DNA from: Dubosiella newyorkensis
Lineage (GTDB): Bacteria; Bacillota_I; Bacilli_A; Erysipelotrichales; Erysipelotrichaceae
Direction of reading: 5' to 3'
Length of the DNA: 32,000 bases
Assembly (NCBI RefSeq): GCF_001945605.1
Contig: NZ_MPKA01000052.1
Span: forward strand, 1,452-33,451
The position numbers were made by a program, and so were the translations under genes. Each line of letters begins with the position of its first letter. Positions within the stretch are counted from its first letter, which is position 1. Under the pieces are notes generated by a model that saw nothing but the letters and a program-made list of their open reading frames with translations, had not been told where the DNA came from and did no database searches. Below are positions 24,422 to 32,000 of this stretch, piece by piece.

Positions 24422-24443
24422 CTGCCTATATTCCTTTTACAAT
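24415..24443 (+). promoter_or_regulatory. Sigma-A promoter for the lipoprotein gene
   Basis: TTGACA (24415-24420), a 17-nt spacer and TACAAT (24438-24443). The SD AAGGAG at 24451-24456 and the ATG at 24463 follow. Confidence 0.65.
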
Positions 24444-24462
24444 GGCAAAAAAGGAGATTGCC

Positions 24463-25179
24463 ATGAAAAAGATTTCTGCTCTAATAGTATCATTGTTTCT
24501 GATTCTTGGGCTAACTGCTTGCTCAAAGAATGAAGACAAAAATGCTTCGATACAATTTTTCAATGCGCTGCACAATACGATGGAGGAAAAAAGCGGACGG
24601 ATCGCGGGCTCGATCTTGATGGATAGCGATGAGCCTTCTGAAATCACGCTCGATCTATATTACGATCAAACAAACGATCTTAAGCTCGCGATCACGACTG
24701 GACTGGAAGCGAATGGAAATACTCAACCCAACTTCTTAGATTTTTATATCAAAGATGGCAAAACATATTTGAATTCGCTTGGCACGAAGACGAGCAGTTC
24801 GGTGGAAAAGATCGGATTGGCCAAAGATTCTAAGCTCGGAAGTATGGATCCATTTCTAGATCTGAACGATACGCAAAAGAAAGAATGGCTGACGAACGCC
24901 AAAGTCGAAGGCGATACATATTCCTTCGATATCGATAAGACCCTTCTTTCGAATATGCTCGACTCCTATGGATCAGTATCGATCGAGCGCGCAAAGCTGA
25001 AAGCGAAGATCCAGGACGATCGGATCGATTCGCTGAGCATGGATATCAAGGCAAAACAGTCGATCAACAAACATCAAATCGATACATCGATCAAAGTCGA
25101 ACTTCAAGCAAGCGAGTATGGCCAATTAAAAGAGGTTCCTTTCCCTACTGACCTAAATACATATAAAAACGAGGGTTGA
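24463..25179 (+). CDS. Lipoprotein of unknown function, 238 aa
   Basis: MKKISALIVSLFLILGLTAC carries the lipobox L-T-A-C. SD AAGGAG lies 6 nt upstream of ATG 24463. The ORF-track start at 24415 has no SD and overlaps the promoter. Confidence 0.8.
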   Translation: MKKISALIVSLFLILGLTACSKNEDKNASIQFFNALHNTMEEKSGRIAGSILMDSDEPSEITLDLYYDQTNDLKLAITTGLEANGNTQPNFLDFYIKDGKTYLNSLGTKTSSSVEKIGLAKDSKLGSMDPFLDLNDTQKKEWLTNAKVEGDTYSFDIDKTLLSNMLDSYGSVSIERAKLKAKIQDDRIDSLSMDIKAKQSINKHQIDTSIKVELQASEYGQLKEVPFPTDLNTYKNEG

Positions 25180-25196
25180 TATTCCCTCGTTTTTTT
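25170..25196. terminator. Bidirectional rho-independent terminator shared by convergent genes
   Basis: Stem CGAGGG (25170-25175) / CCCTCG (25184-25189). T7 follows on the plus strand, and an A-run before the stem gives a T-run on the minus strand. Confidence 0.75.
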
Positions 25197-25842
25197 AAGC
25201 GATATGAACGGCTTTCAATACATTGAATCCTGCGTCGTTCAACGCGTTGCGCATTTCATCGATATCTTGCGCGTCGCTGCGAATGACCATTCTTGCAATC
25301 CCATCTTTGGATTCATAGACTCCAATATTATAAATATTGATACGGTGATTGGCGAAGATATTCGCGATCTTCTCGAGCATCCCAATTTCGTCTTTGGCTT
25401 CGAGCGTGATCCGCGATCCTTCTTTTTCCCATCCCAATACGTTGAGGAAGCTTTTGAAAATATCATTCTGGGTCAAGATGCCGACTACTTTTTTATTGGC
25501 ATCGATCACTGGCAAGCATCCAATGTCGTTTTGAAGCATCTTTTGAGCGGCTTCTTCCATGAGCTGATCTTCTTCGATCGAGATCACATTTTTGATCATC
25601 AGCGTGCTGACTTGTGTCTTGGACAACAAGTAATTGAGTTCATAGATCGAAAGCGACGTCGCCGAATTATCCGCGCCCGCGATCATTCCTTCTGTAATGA
25701 TACCAACGAGCTTGTGGTTTGCATCTACGACTGGAAGCCGATGAATATTCTTCGACTTCATCGCATCGATGATATAAGAAATCTTATCATCTGGCGCGCA
25801 AGTTATGACATCTTTGGTCATAAAATCTTTAACTTGAAACAT
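25195..25842 (-). CDS. CBS-CBS-ACT domain protein (AcuB-like)
   Basis: Two CBS motifs (VKDFMTKDVITC..HRLPVVD and ..IGCLPVID..VGILTQNDI) and a C-terminal ACT-like region (RITLEAKDEIGMLEKIANIFANHRINI). The ATG at 25842 is 1 nt after the livF stop. Confidence 0.8.
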   Translation of the reverse strand: MFQVKDFMTKDVITCAPDDKISYIIDAMKSKNIHRLPVVDANHKLVGIITEGMIAGADNSATSLSIYELNYLLSKTQVSTLMIKNVISIEEDQLMEEAAQKMLQNDIGCLPVIDANKKVVGILTQNDIFKSFLNVLGWEKEGSRITLEAKDEIGMLEKIANIFANHRINIYNIGVYESKDGIARMVIRSDAQDIDEMRNALNDAGFNVLKAVHIA

Positions 25843-25843
25843 T

Positions 25844-26554
25844 CTATCCTCCTAAATATGCTTTTTGAATATCTTCTGATTCGATCAGATCTTTTCCAGT
25901 ACCGCTCAAAACGACATTTCCGGTTTCTAAAACATAGGCATAGTCGGCAATTGACAAAGCCATTTTGGCGTTTTGTTCGACAAGCAAGATCGTAGTTCCC
26001 GTTTTATTGATTTCTTGGATGATCGAAAATATTTCTTTGACTAAAATTGGCGCCAATCCCATGCTCGGCTCGTCTAGCAGAAGCAATTTAGGGCGCGCCA
26101 TAAGAGCACGGCCCATCGCGAGCATCTGCTGTTCTCCGCCTGAAAGAGTCGAGGCGTCTTGGTTCTTTCTTTGTTCTAGGATCGGAAACTGCTGATAGAC
26201 TTTTTGAAGATCTTCCTGGATCTCTTTTTTATCTTTCCTTAAATAGGCGCCTAAAATTAAATTTTCATACACGCTCATTCCCGCAAAGATACGTCTTCCT
26301 TCTGGAACTTGCGTCAGTCCATCAGCTACGATTTTTTGAGGCGACTCCTTATAAATATCTTTTCCGATAAAGTGAACGTCGCCGCTGCTTTTTTTAACGA
26401 TTCCGCTGATCGACTGTAAAAGAGTTGTTTTCCCTGCCCCGTTCGCTCCGATCAAAGAGACGATCTGGCCTTCTTCAACTTGGAGAGAAACCCCTTTTAG
26501 GGCTTCGATCATCCCGTAATGAACATGCAGGTCTTTTACTTCAAGCATCGCCAT
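25844..26554 (-). CDS. livF: Branched-chain amino acid ABC transporter ATP-binding protein LivF
   Basis: Walker A GANGAGKTT, signature LSGGEQQML, Walker B LLLLDEPS. 236 aa, with typical LivF size and position. Confidence 0.9.
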   Translation of the reverse strand: MAMLEVKDLHVHYGMIEALKGVSLQVEEGQIVSLIGANGAGKTTLLQSISGIVKKSSGDVHFIGKDIYKESPQKIVADGLTQVPEGRRIFAGMSVYENLILGAYLRKDKKEIQEDLQKVYQQFPILEQRKNQDASTLSGGEQQMLAMGRALMARPKLLLLDEPSMGLAPILVKEIFSIIQEINKTGTTILLVEQNAKMALSIADYAYVLETGNVVLSGTGKDLIESEDIQKAYLGG

Positions 26555-26555
26555 A

Positions 26556-27335
26556 TTAGATCTCCTCTCCTAAGTACGCTTTAATGACGAACTCATTGTT
26601 TTTGATCTCTTCCGGATTCCCGTTCGCGATCATCTTTCCATAATCCAGCACATAGATCCGTTCGCAAATATTCATGACAAGCGACATATCATGTTCGATC
26701 AAGATGATCGTTAAGTGGTATTTTTCACGAATTTCGTGGATCAGCTTTGTTAGATCGGCTGTTTCTTGCGGATTCATTCCTGCGGCAGGTTCATCTAAGT
26801 ATAAGATCTTTGGCTGGATAGCGAGAGCTCGGGCGATCTCTAAGCGTCTTTGTTCTCCATAAGGAAGGTTGGTCGCCAATTCATTCCTCTTTTGATAGAG
26901 GCCAACATCTTTTAAATATTCGATCGCTTTCTCTTTGATCCAGCGCTCTTCGGAATAAAACTTAGGCAAACGAAGGATCGCGCTCATCGTTCCATATTGA
27001 ATGTTTCTTTGCATCGCGACTTCGACATTTTCTAGAACCGTCATCGATTTGAATAGTCGAATATTTTGAAATGTACGCGCCACGCCAAGGTTGGTGATCT
27101 TATATGGCTTCATGCCTCCGATTTGTTTTGGCTTTCCATCGACTTGCATTTCGATCAAGCCTTCGCTTGGTTCATAAACACCAGTCAATAAGTTGAACAA
27201 GGTTGTCTTGCCCGCCCCGTTTGGTCCGATCAAGCCGATGAGTTCTCCTGGCATGATCTGCATGGAGACATTCGAAACGGCCGCAAGCCCTCCAAAGTTT
27301 CTCGTGAGGTTTTTGACTTCAAGAATAGGTTCCAT
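26556..27335 (-). CDS. livG: Branched-chain amino acid ABC transporter ATP-binding protein LivG
   Basis: Walker A GPNGAGKTT, signature LPYGEQRRLEIARAL, Walker B ILYLDEPAAG. The LivG-type C-terminus is NPEEIKNNEFVIKAYLG. There is a 1-nt overlap with livM. Confidence 0.9.
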   Translation of the reverse strand: MEPILEVKNLTRNFGGLAAVSNVSMQIMPGELIGLIGPNGAGKTTLFNLLTGVYEPSEGLIEMQVDGKPKQIGGMKPYKITNLGVARTFQNIRLFKSMTVLENVEVAMQRNIQYGTMSAILRLPKFYSEERWIKEKAIEYLKDVGLYQKRNELATNLPYGEQRRLEIARALAIQPKILYLDEPAAGMNPQETADLTKLIHEIREKYHLTIILIEHDMSLVMNICERIYVLDYGKMIANGNPEEIKNNEFVIKAYLGEEI

Positions 27336-28297
27336 CAGTTTGCCTCCTTCTTCGCTTTTGCTTTATCAACGATCTTGGACAACGAGATTTCTCGATCGCC
27401 AAACAAACCTTGCGGTTTGAAGATCATCATGATCACTAAGATCGCCCCATAGATGATCATACGAGCATCTGTGAAGTTTTGTAGCACCATATTCAATAGA
27501 CCGATCGCGATCGCTGCAAGCACGGAGCTTGTCATGCTTCCCATACCGCCGAATACGACCATGACGAGGATGTCGATCGATTTATTGAAAGTAAACTGGG
27601 TCGGTTTGATCACATAGAAATTGCATGCGAACAAAGCGCCAGCTGCAGAGGCGAGAAGGGCGCCGATCACAAAGGCGATGACTTTATATTTTGTGGTGTT
27701 GATCCCCATCGCTTCCGCGGCGATCTCATCTTCTCGAACAGCGATACAAGCTCTTCCTGGAGCGGAACGCGTAAAATTGGAGCAGATGACGATCGTTAAA
27801 ACAACGCCAAGCATCAAAAGAGGCCATGTCGTCAAAGCGGGGATCCCACTCAGTCCAGCCGCACCATTCGTGATCTTCATATTTTGTACGAGGATACGGA
27901 TGATTTCGGAAAATCCTAAAGTCGCGATCGCTAGATAATCGCCTTTTAATCGAAGCGTTGGGATCGATACGATCAAAGCGGCGATCGTGGAGATGACAAA
28001 ACCGACAAGGATCCCTAAGATCAGACCTGCGTAATTTGGCATCATCTTCGTGATGATTCCAGCGCTATAAGCACCAATACACATAAAGCCGGCATGTCCT
28101 AAAGAAAATTGTCCACAGATCCCGATTACAAGGTTTAATGAAACAGCGAGCATGATGTTGATGCACATGTTGAACAAAGTGATCTTGTAGTAGGAGTTTA
28201 TGATTCCTGCTGCCATCATGTAAGACAATAAAAGATAGAGGACGACGATGATCGCGACCCACATTAAATTGATTTTATTTAAGATCCCTTTAGTCAT
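27335..28297 (-). CDS. livM: Branched-chain amino acid ABC transporter permease LivM
   Basis: Polytopic membrane protein of the LivM type (..GQFSLGHAGFMCIGAY.., ..VREDEIAAEAMGINT..). Confidence 0.9.
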   Translation of the reverse strand: MTKGILNKINLMWVAIIVVLYLLLSYMMAAGIINSYYKITLFNMCINIMLAVSLNLVIGICGQFSLGHAGFMCIGAYSAGIITKMMPNYAGLILGILVGFVISTIAALIVSIPTLRLKGDYLAIATLGFSEIIRILVQNMKITNGAAGLSGIPALTTWPLLMLGVVLTIVICSNFTRSAPGRACIAVREDEIAAEAMGINTTKYKVIAFVIGALLASAAGALFACNFYVIKPTQFTFNKSIDILVMVVFGGMGSMTSSVLAAIAIGLLNMVLQNFTDARMIIYGAILVIMMIFKPQGLFGDREISLSKIVDKAKAKKEAN

Positions 28298-28300
28298 ACG

Positions 28301-29179
28301 CTATACCTTTTCTCTTTCATTTTTTCCAAGCAGTCCAGTTGGCTTTACGATCAAGACGATGATCAAGATCGCGTAAACGATCGCGTCTCGATATAACGAG
28401 CTTCCATAAGCGATAACCATCGTTTCAGCCATTCCGATAAACAGCCCACCGATCATCGCTCCAGGAATGCTTCCGATCCCTCCGAATACGGCTGCGACGA
28501 AAGCTTTTAAGCCAGGAACCATTCCCATCAATGGATTGATCGAGTTGTAGTAGATCCCGACAAGAATACCTGCCGCCCCTGCAAGAGCGGAACCGATCAA
28601 AAATGTAAATGAGATCGTATTGTCAACATTGATTCCCATCAATTTAGCGGCGTTCTCATCTGTGCTTACCGCGCGCATCGCTCGACCCATCTTTGTTTTT
28701 TGAATGATGAACTGCAGTAGAAGCATCAAAACGATCGTGATCAGAAAAATATAGATTTGTTGGGTAGAAATTTTGATAGGCCCTAATTGAAAAGAGGCAT
28801 TGGATAGTAGTTGTGGATAGGTCCTCTTTTCGCTTCCCATAAAATATGCGGTCGTGTATTCGATCACATAAGAAACACCGATCGCGGTGATCAGCGCGGT
28901 GATCCTTGGTGAATGTCTTAAAGGACGGTACGCGATCCGTTCGATCAAGACGCCTAAAAGTCCACAGACGACCATACAGGTGATCAAGGCTGGAAAAAAG
29001 CTAAATCCAAAATAGGTCGTTACGATAAAGGCGGTATAAGCACCGATCATGTATACATCGCCATGGGCGAAGTTGATCAGCTTGATGATTCCATAAACCA
29101 TCGTATAGCCTAGAGCGATCAGCGCGTAAATACTTCCTAATGAGAGGCCATTGACGATTTGTTGTAGAAATTGACTCAT
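28301..29179 (-). CDS. livH: Branched-chain amino acid ABC transporter permease LivH
   Basis: MSQFLQQIVNGLSLGSIYALIALGYTMVYG is the canonical LivH N-terminus. SD AAGGAGAG lies 6 nt upstream of ATG 29179. The 18-codon extension in the ORF track is rejected. Confidence 0.9.
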   Translation of the reverse strand: MSQFLQQIVNGLSLGSIYALIALGYTMVYGIIKLINFAHGDVYMIGAYTAFIVTTYFGFSFFPALITCMVVCGLLGVLIERIAYRPLRHSPRITALITAIGVSYVIEYTTAYFMGSEKRTYPQLLSNASFQLGPIKISTQQIYIFLITIVLMLLLQFIIQKTKMGRAMRAVSTDENAAKLMGINVDNTISFTFLIGSALAGAAGILVGIYYNSINPLMGMVPGLKAFVAAVFGGIGSIPGAMIGGLFIGMAETMVIAYGSSLYRDAIVYAILIIVLIVKPTGLLGKNEREKV

Positions 29180-29200
29180 TATTTTCTCTCCTTCTAATTT

Positions 29201-29227
29201 GAAAAAAGGGGAAATCACTTTCCCCTT
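29201..29227 (-). terminator. Intra-operon hairpin and T-run between the binding-protein gene and the permease genes (partial terminator or attenuator)
   Basis: Minus-strand stem AAGGGGAAA / TTTCCCCTT (29219-29227 and 29206-29214) followed by TTTTCAAATT. Confidence 0.55.
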
Positions 29228-29245
29228 GAACATTTCTCGGAAGTA

Positions 29246-30427
29246 TTAATCGACTTTTACTTCTGTTGCTTCCGTTTGAACGCCATCCACTTGGTTAACG
29301 ACCATTACGCTCTTAACCGGTGTATGTGTCTTTTCATCAAATGTGAAGCTTCCTGTGATTCCTTCGAAGTTTGCTTTCTTGATCGCTTCATTCAATTCTT
29401 CGCCTGTTGCTCCAGTTGCTTCGAGCTGATCGAGAACTAGATTTGTCGCGTCATACGCAAGAGCAGAGAACATATTTGGCGCTTGATCATACTTTTTCGT
29501 ATATGCGTCGATGAATGCATTCAACTCATCGGAAGCATTTACTGTCGTATACGCTGTCGTATACCAAACTTCATTCAAGTTTTCCTTGCCGGCAAGCTGT
29601 ACGAGCTTTTCGGATTCAAATCCGTCCGCACCTACGATCGGGCAATCGATTCCATCTTCGCGCGCTTGCTTGATGATCAAACCTGCTTCTGAATAGTATC
29701 CGGCGATGTATAGAACATCAAAACCAGAATCTTTGATCTTCGTAAGCATAGAAGCGAAATCTGTATCGCCTGCATTATATTGCTCATGAGCTACGACTTC
29801 TCCGCCATGCTCTTTGAAAGTCGTTTCAAATTGGTTCGCGAGACCTTGTCCATAATCGCTTGTTTCGTTGATGATCGCCGCTTTTTTGCATTTGAGCGTA
29901 TCCGCGGAATAGATTGCCATGGCAGCTCCTTGATAAGAGTCTTCGAAACAAACTCTCCATGCGTATTCGTATGGGGTCTCGCCATTCATCATCGCATTGA
30001 CTTGAGTAGCGCTAGGCGAAATAACTGGGGTGTTGTTTTGCGTAGCGACTTCATAAGTCGCGATCGAGGCTCCTGATGTAGCAGGTCCCACGATGGCTGC
30101 CACACCGTCTTCTTCAATAAGTTTGATTGCTTGTGTCGTACTTTCGGCCGCGTCGCCTTTATCATCGACTTCGACACCTTCCGCTTTGAATTTCGTATCG
30201 CTTCTTTCATTATACTGTTCGATCGCAAGCTGAGCGGCGTTGCGTTCGGCTTGTCCATAACTCGATACGTCTCCGCTCAACTCAAAGTTGAGCCCGATCT
30301 TTACGGTATCTCCTTCATTCAACTTTTTTCCGGTTTCTTCTTTGCCTGTGCTCGAACTACTACATCCGGCCAACATCGTTAATGCCATAGTTCCAGCAGC
30401 AAGAACTTTCCACATGTTTCCTTTCAT
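29246..30427 (-). CDS. livJ: Branched-chain amino acid ABC transporter substrate-binding lipoprotein (LivJ/K family)
   Basis: ATG 30427 with SD GGGAGGAG 8 nt upstream gives MKGNMWKVLAAGTMALTMLAGC, with lipobox L-A-G-C. The body is Peripla_BP_6-like (KIGLNFELSGDVSSYG..IVGPATSG..). The ORF-track N-terminal extension to 30628 is rejected. Confidence 0.88.
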   Translation of the reverse strand: MKGNMWKVLAAGTMALTMLAGCSSSSTGKEETGKKLNEGDTVKIGLNFELSGDVSSYGQAERNAAQLAIEQYNERSDTKFKAEGVEVDDKGDAAESTTQAIKLIEEDGVAAIVGPATSGASIATYEVATQNNTPVISPSATQVNAMMNGETPYEYAWRVCFEDSYQGAAMAIYSADTLKCKKAAIINETSDYGQGLANQFETTFKEHGGEVVAHEQYNAGDTDFASMLTKIKDSGFDVLYIAGYYSEAGLIIKQAREDGIDCPIVGADGFESEKLVQLAGKENLNEVWYTTAYTTVNASDELNAFIDAYTKKYDQAPNMFSALAYDATNLVLDQLEATGATGEELNEAIKKANFEGITGSFTFDEKTHTPVKSVMVVNQVDGVQTEATEVKVD

Positions 30428-30457
30428 ATGTGATTTCTCCTCCCATAATATGTCATA

Positions 30458-30486
30458 ATGATACCCAAAGAATTCCACAAATGCAA
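30458..30486 (-). promoter_or_regulatory. Candidate sigma-A promoter of the liv operon
   Basis: On the minus strand: TTGCAT (30486-30481), a 17-nt spacer and TATCAT (30463-30458). It lies about 25 nt upstream of the SD. Confidence 0.45.
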
Positions 30487-30574
30487 GGGAGATTTTCATT
30501 ATTTTCATAGTCATGAAAATTCTTTTCAACTCCCGAACAATTTGTTTCTTTGTATAATAGGAATGAGGAAAATT

Positions 30575-31795
30575 ATGCAAAGTATAAAAGAAATATTCAA
30601 AATCGGGCCCGGGCCAAGTTCTTCCCATACCTTCGGTCCGATGAAGGCAAGCGAAGCCATGAAAACAAATTATCCAGAGGCCGATCGATTCAAAGTCGTC
30701 TTATATGGATCTTTAGCTTTGACTGGCAAAGGGCATTTGACCGATATGATCATTGCCAAAACATTGAAACCTAGAAACGTAGAGATCGAATTCGATTATA
30801 AAAGCGCTGTTGAACATCCCAATACGATGGTCTTTGAAGCTTTTAAAGAAAATGAAAGCTTAGGAAAGGAAACGTTTATTTCAATTGGAGGTGGGAAGAT
30901 CGTTAAGAGTGGTGAAAAAGCTTTAGAAGCCAATTCAATCTATCCTCTCCATTCTATGGACGCGATTCAAACGTATTGTAAAGAACATCATTTGAATTTT
31001 GAGGAATATGTTGATCTTATAGAAGGCAAAGATCTTGATGTGTATATGAAACAGATCTTCAGCGCGATGATCAAATCCGTTAAAAAAGGATTAAGTAAAA
31101 CAGGCGTTCTTCCTGGTAGCTTAAAGCTGGATCGAGTCGCTAACGCGCTCAACCAATCCGCAAAAAGCTGTGATGAACCATCTGAACAAAATGCCCTTCT
31201 TCTTGCGAGTTACGCGTATGCTACGAGTGAGCAAAATGCAAGTGGAGGTCTTGTTGTGACGGCCCCGACGATGGGAAGTTGTGGAGTCATTCCTGCTTTG
31301 TTGTATCATTATTATTATGATCTGAAGTATCCGAAGGAAAAATTGATCAAAGGCTTGAAAGTCGCTGGTTTGATCGGAAACCTGATCCAGTATAACGCGA
31401 CGATCTCTGGAGCAAAGGCGGGGTGTCAGGCGGAAGTTGGAGCCGCTTGCTCCATGGGAGCAGCCATGATCGCTTATTTGCAAGGACAGACGAATGCGCA
31501 AATCGAGTGTGCTGCCGAAATTGGTTTGGAGCACCATTTAGGTTTGACCTGTGATCCTGTTGGTGGATATGTGATGATTCCATGCATTGAACGAAACGCT
31601 GTAGCGGCGCAACGTTCGATCGATGCGGCTCGTTTGGCAAAATACTTAAGAAATGTGAAGAAAAATCGTGTGAGCTTCGATATGGTCGTTCAAACGATGA
31701 ATTTGACAGGAAAAAAATTACCGATTGAATTGAAAGAAAGTGCTCTTGGCGGCTTAGCTGTTGTCGTTCCTGATCACTTCAATACAAAAAAATAA
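30575..31795 (+). CDS. sdaA: L-serine ammonia-lyase (iron-sulfur dependent, single-chain type)
   Basis: [25 protein letters not shown] matches the SdaA N-terminus (..FKVGIGPSSSHTVGPM..). Cys ligand contexts are [14 protein letters not shown] and CDPV..IPCIERN. SD GAGGA lies 5 nt upstream of ATG 30575. Confidence 0.88.
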   Translation: MQSIKEIFKIGPGPSSSHTFGPMKASEAMKTNYPEADRFKVVLYGSLALTGKGHLTDMIIAKTLKPRNVEIEFDYKSAVEHPNTMVFEAFKENESLGKETFISIGGGKIVKSGEKALEANSIYPLHSMDAIQTYCKEHHLNFEEYVDLIEGKDLDVYMKQIFSAMIKSVKKGLSKTGVLPGSLKLDRVANALNQSAKSCDEPSEQNALLLASYAYATSEQNASGGLVVTAPTMGSCGVIPALLYHYYYDLKYPKEKLIKGLKVAGLIGNLIQYNATISGAKAGCQAEVGAACSMGAAMIAYLQGQTNAQIECAAEIGLEHHLGLTCDPVGGYVMIPCIERNAVAAQRSIDAARLAKYLRNVKKNRVSFDMVVQTMNLTGKKLPIELKESALGGLAVVVPDHFNTKK

Positions 31796-31800
31796 AATAA

Positions 31801-31835
31801 GCACTCAGAAGCCAAAAAGTTGATGAGTGCTTTTT
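31801..31835 (+). terminator. Rho-independent terminator of sdaA
   Basis: Stem GCACTCA (31801-31807) / TGAGTGC (31824-31830) followed by TTTTT. Confidence 0.75.
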
Positions 31836-31838
31836 GTT

Positions 31839-31875
31839 TAAAAAAAAAGACCAGAAAGCATACACTTTCTGGTCT
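31839..31875 (-). terminator. Rho-independent terminator of the rrn operon (after 5S)
   Basis: 11-bp stem AGACCAGAAAG (31848-31858) / CTTTCTGGTCT (31865-31875). The plus-strand A9 run at 31839-31847 is a T-run on the minus strand. Confidence 0.85.
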
Positions 31876-31882
31876 TCTCTAG

Positions 31883-31997
31883 AACCGGCAGCGTCCTATT
31901 CTTGCAGGCGCTAAGCCAACTACCTTCGGCGATGGAGTGCTTGACTTCTGTGTTCGGGACGGGAACAGGTATTTCCACTTCTCTGTCACCACCGGAT
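31883..31997 (-). rRNA. rrf: 5S ribosomal RNA, the 3'-terminal gene of an rrn operon that continues beyond the window
   Basis: The reverse complement reads ATCCGGTGGTGACAGAGAAGTGGAAATACCTGTTCCCGTCCCGAACACAGAAGTCAAGCACTCCATCGCCGAAGGTAGTTGG..AGAATAGGACGCTGCCGGTT. This aligns block by block with B. subtilis 5S (..GTTCCCATACCGAACACGGAAGTTAAGC..GCCGATGGTAGT..AGTAGGACGCCGCC). The helix I ends are complementary. Ends are accurate to about 2 nt. Confidence 0.93.
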
Positions 31998-32000
31998 CTT

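Noticed and set aside
25204-25995. 263-aa plus-strand ORF
   Set aside because: It is antisense to the CBS-ACT gene and the 3' end of livF. It has no SD or motifs and is another shadow ORF.
29180-29233. 18-codon extension of livH (MFKGKVISPFFKLEGEKI)
   Set aside because: It spans the attenuator hairpin and the AAGGAGAG SD that serves ATG 29179. The LivH consensus N-terminus starts at MSQFLQQIVNG.
30458-30574. 39-codon N-terminal extension of the sdaA ORF, and the short 30550-30774 ORF
   Set aside because: The conserved SdaA N-terminus (..[12 protein letters not shown]) begins right after ATG 30575, which has a GAGGA SD. The extension has no SD and lies in the intergenic control region.
30428-30628. 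67-codon N-terminal extension of the binding-protein ORF ([10 protein letters not shown]...)
   Set aside because: The internal ATG at 30427 has a strong GGGAGGAG SD and yields a canonical lipoprotein signal peptide. The extension would overlap the sdaA start region and the promoter elements.

Overview
This is a chromosomal window from a low-GC Gram-positive bacterium (Bacillota). The roughly 1390-aa RpoB hints at an Erysipelotrichia/Mollicutes-related lineage, but I cannot verify that. Almost all genes lie on the minus strand.

Gene content, in coordinate order:
- 1-11209: an accessory surface-fibre operon. Its transcription order is a triple zinc-ribbon/AP2-like DNA-binding protein, a LepB-type signal peptidase I, a 1326-aa LPETGG adhesin, a 553-aa LPETGG major pilin and a class C sortase. 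These are followed by an anchorless pilin-like protein and three TasA/camelysin-like secreted proteins, the last of which runs off the window.
- 11210-11649: an AT-rich control region with repeated motifs and an orphan consensus promoter.
- 11650-12870: a HAD hydrolase and an acidic tail-anchored protein.
- 12992-21065: rpoC and rpoB with their own promoter.
- 21362-23839: one 825-aa ORF that fuses a complete TetM/EF-G-like translational GTPase to a Rae1/YacP NYN endoribonuclease domain.
- 23882-25179: a DUF3783-like protein and a lipoprotein.
- 25195-30427: a livJ-like/HMGF branched-chain amino-acid ABC operon ending in a CBS-CBS-ACT gene.
- 30575-31795: single-chain L-serine dehydratase.
- 31883-31997: a 5S rRNA at the end of an rrn operon that continues past the window.

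The most interesting candidates are:
- the GTPase-NYN fusion;
- the composite sortase-pilus plus TasA-like operon;
- a sharp codon-usage island (about 4100-7950) whose upper boundary falls inside the adhesin gene.

No CRISPR array, tRNA, transposase or integrase was seen.
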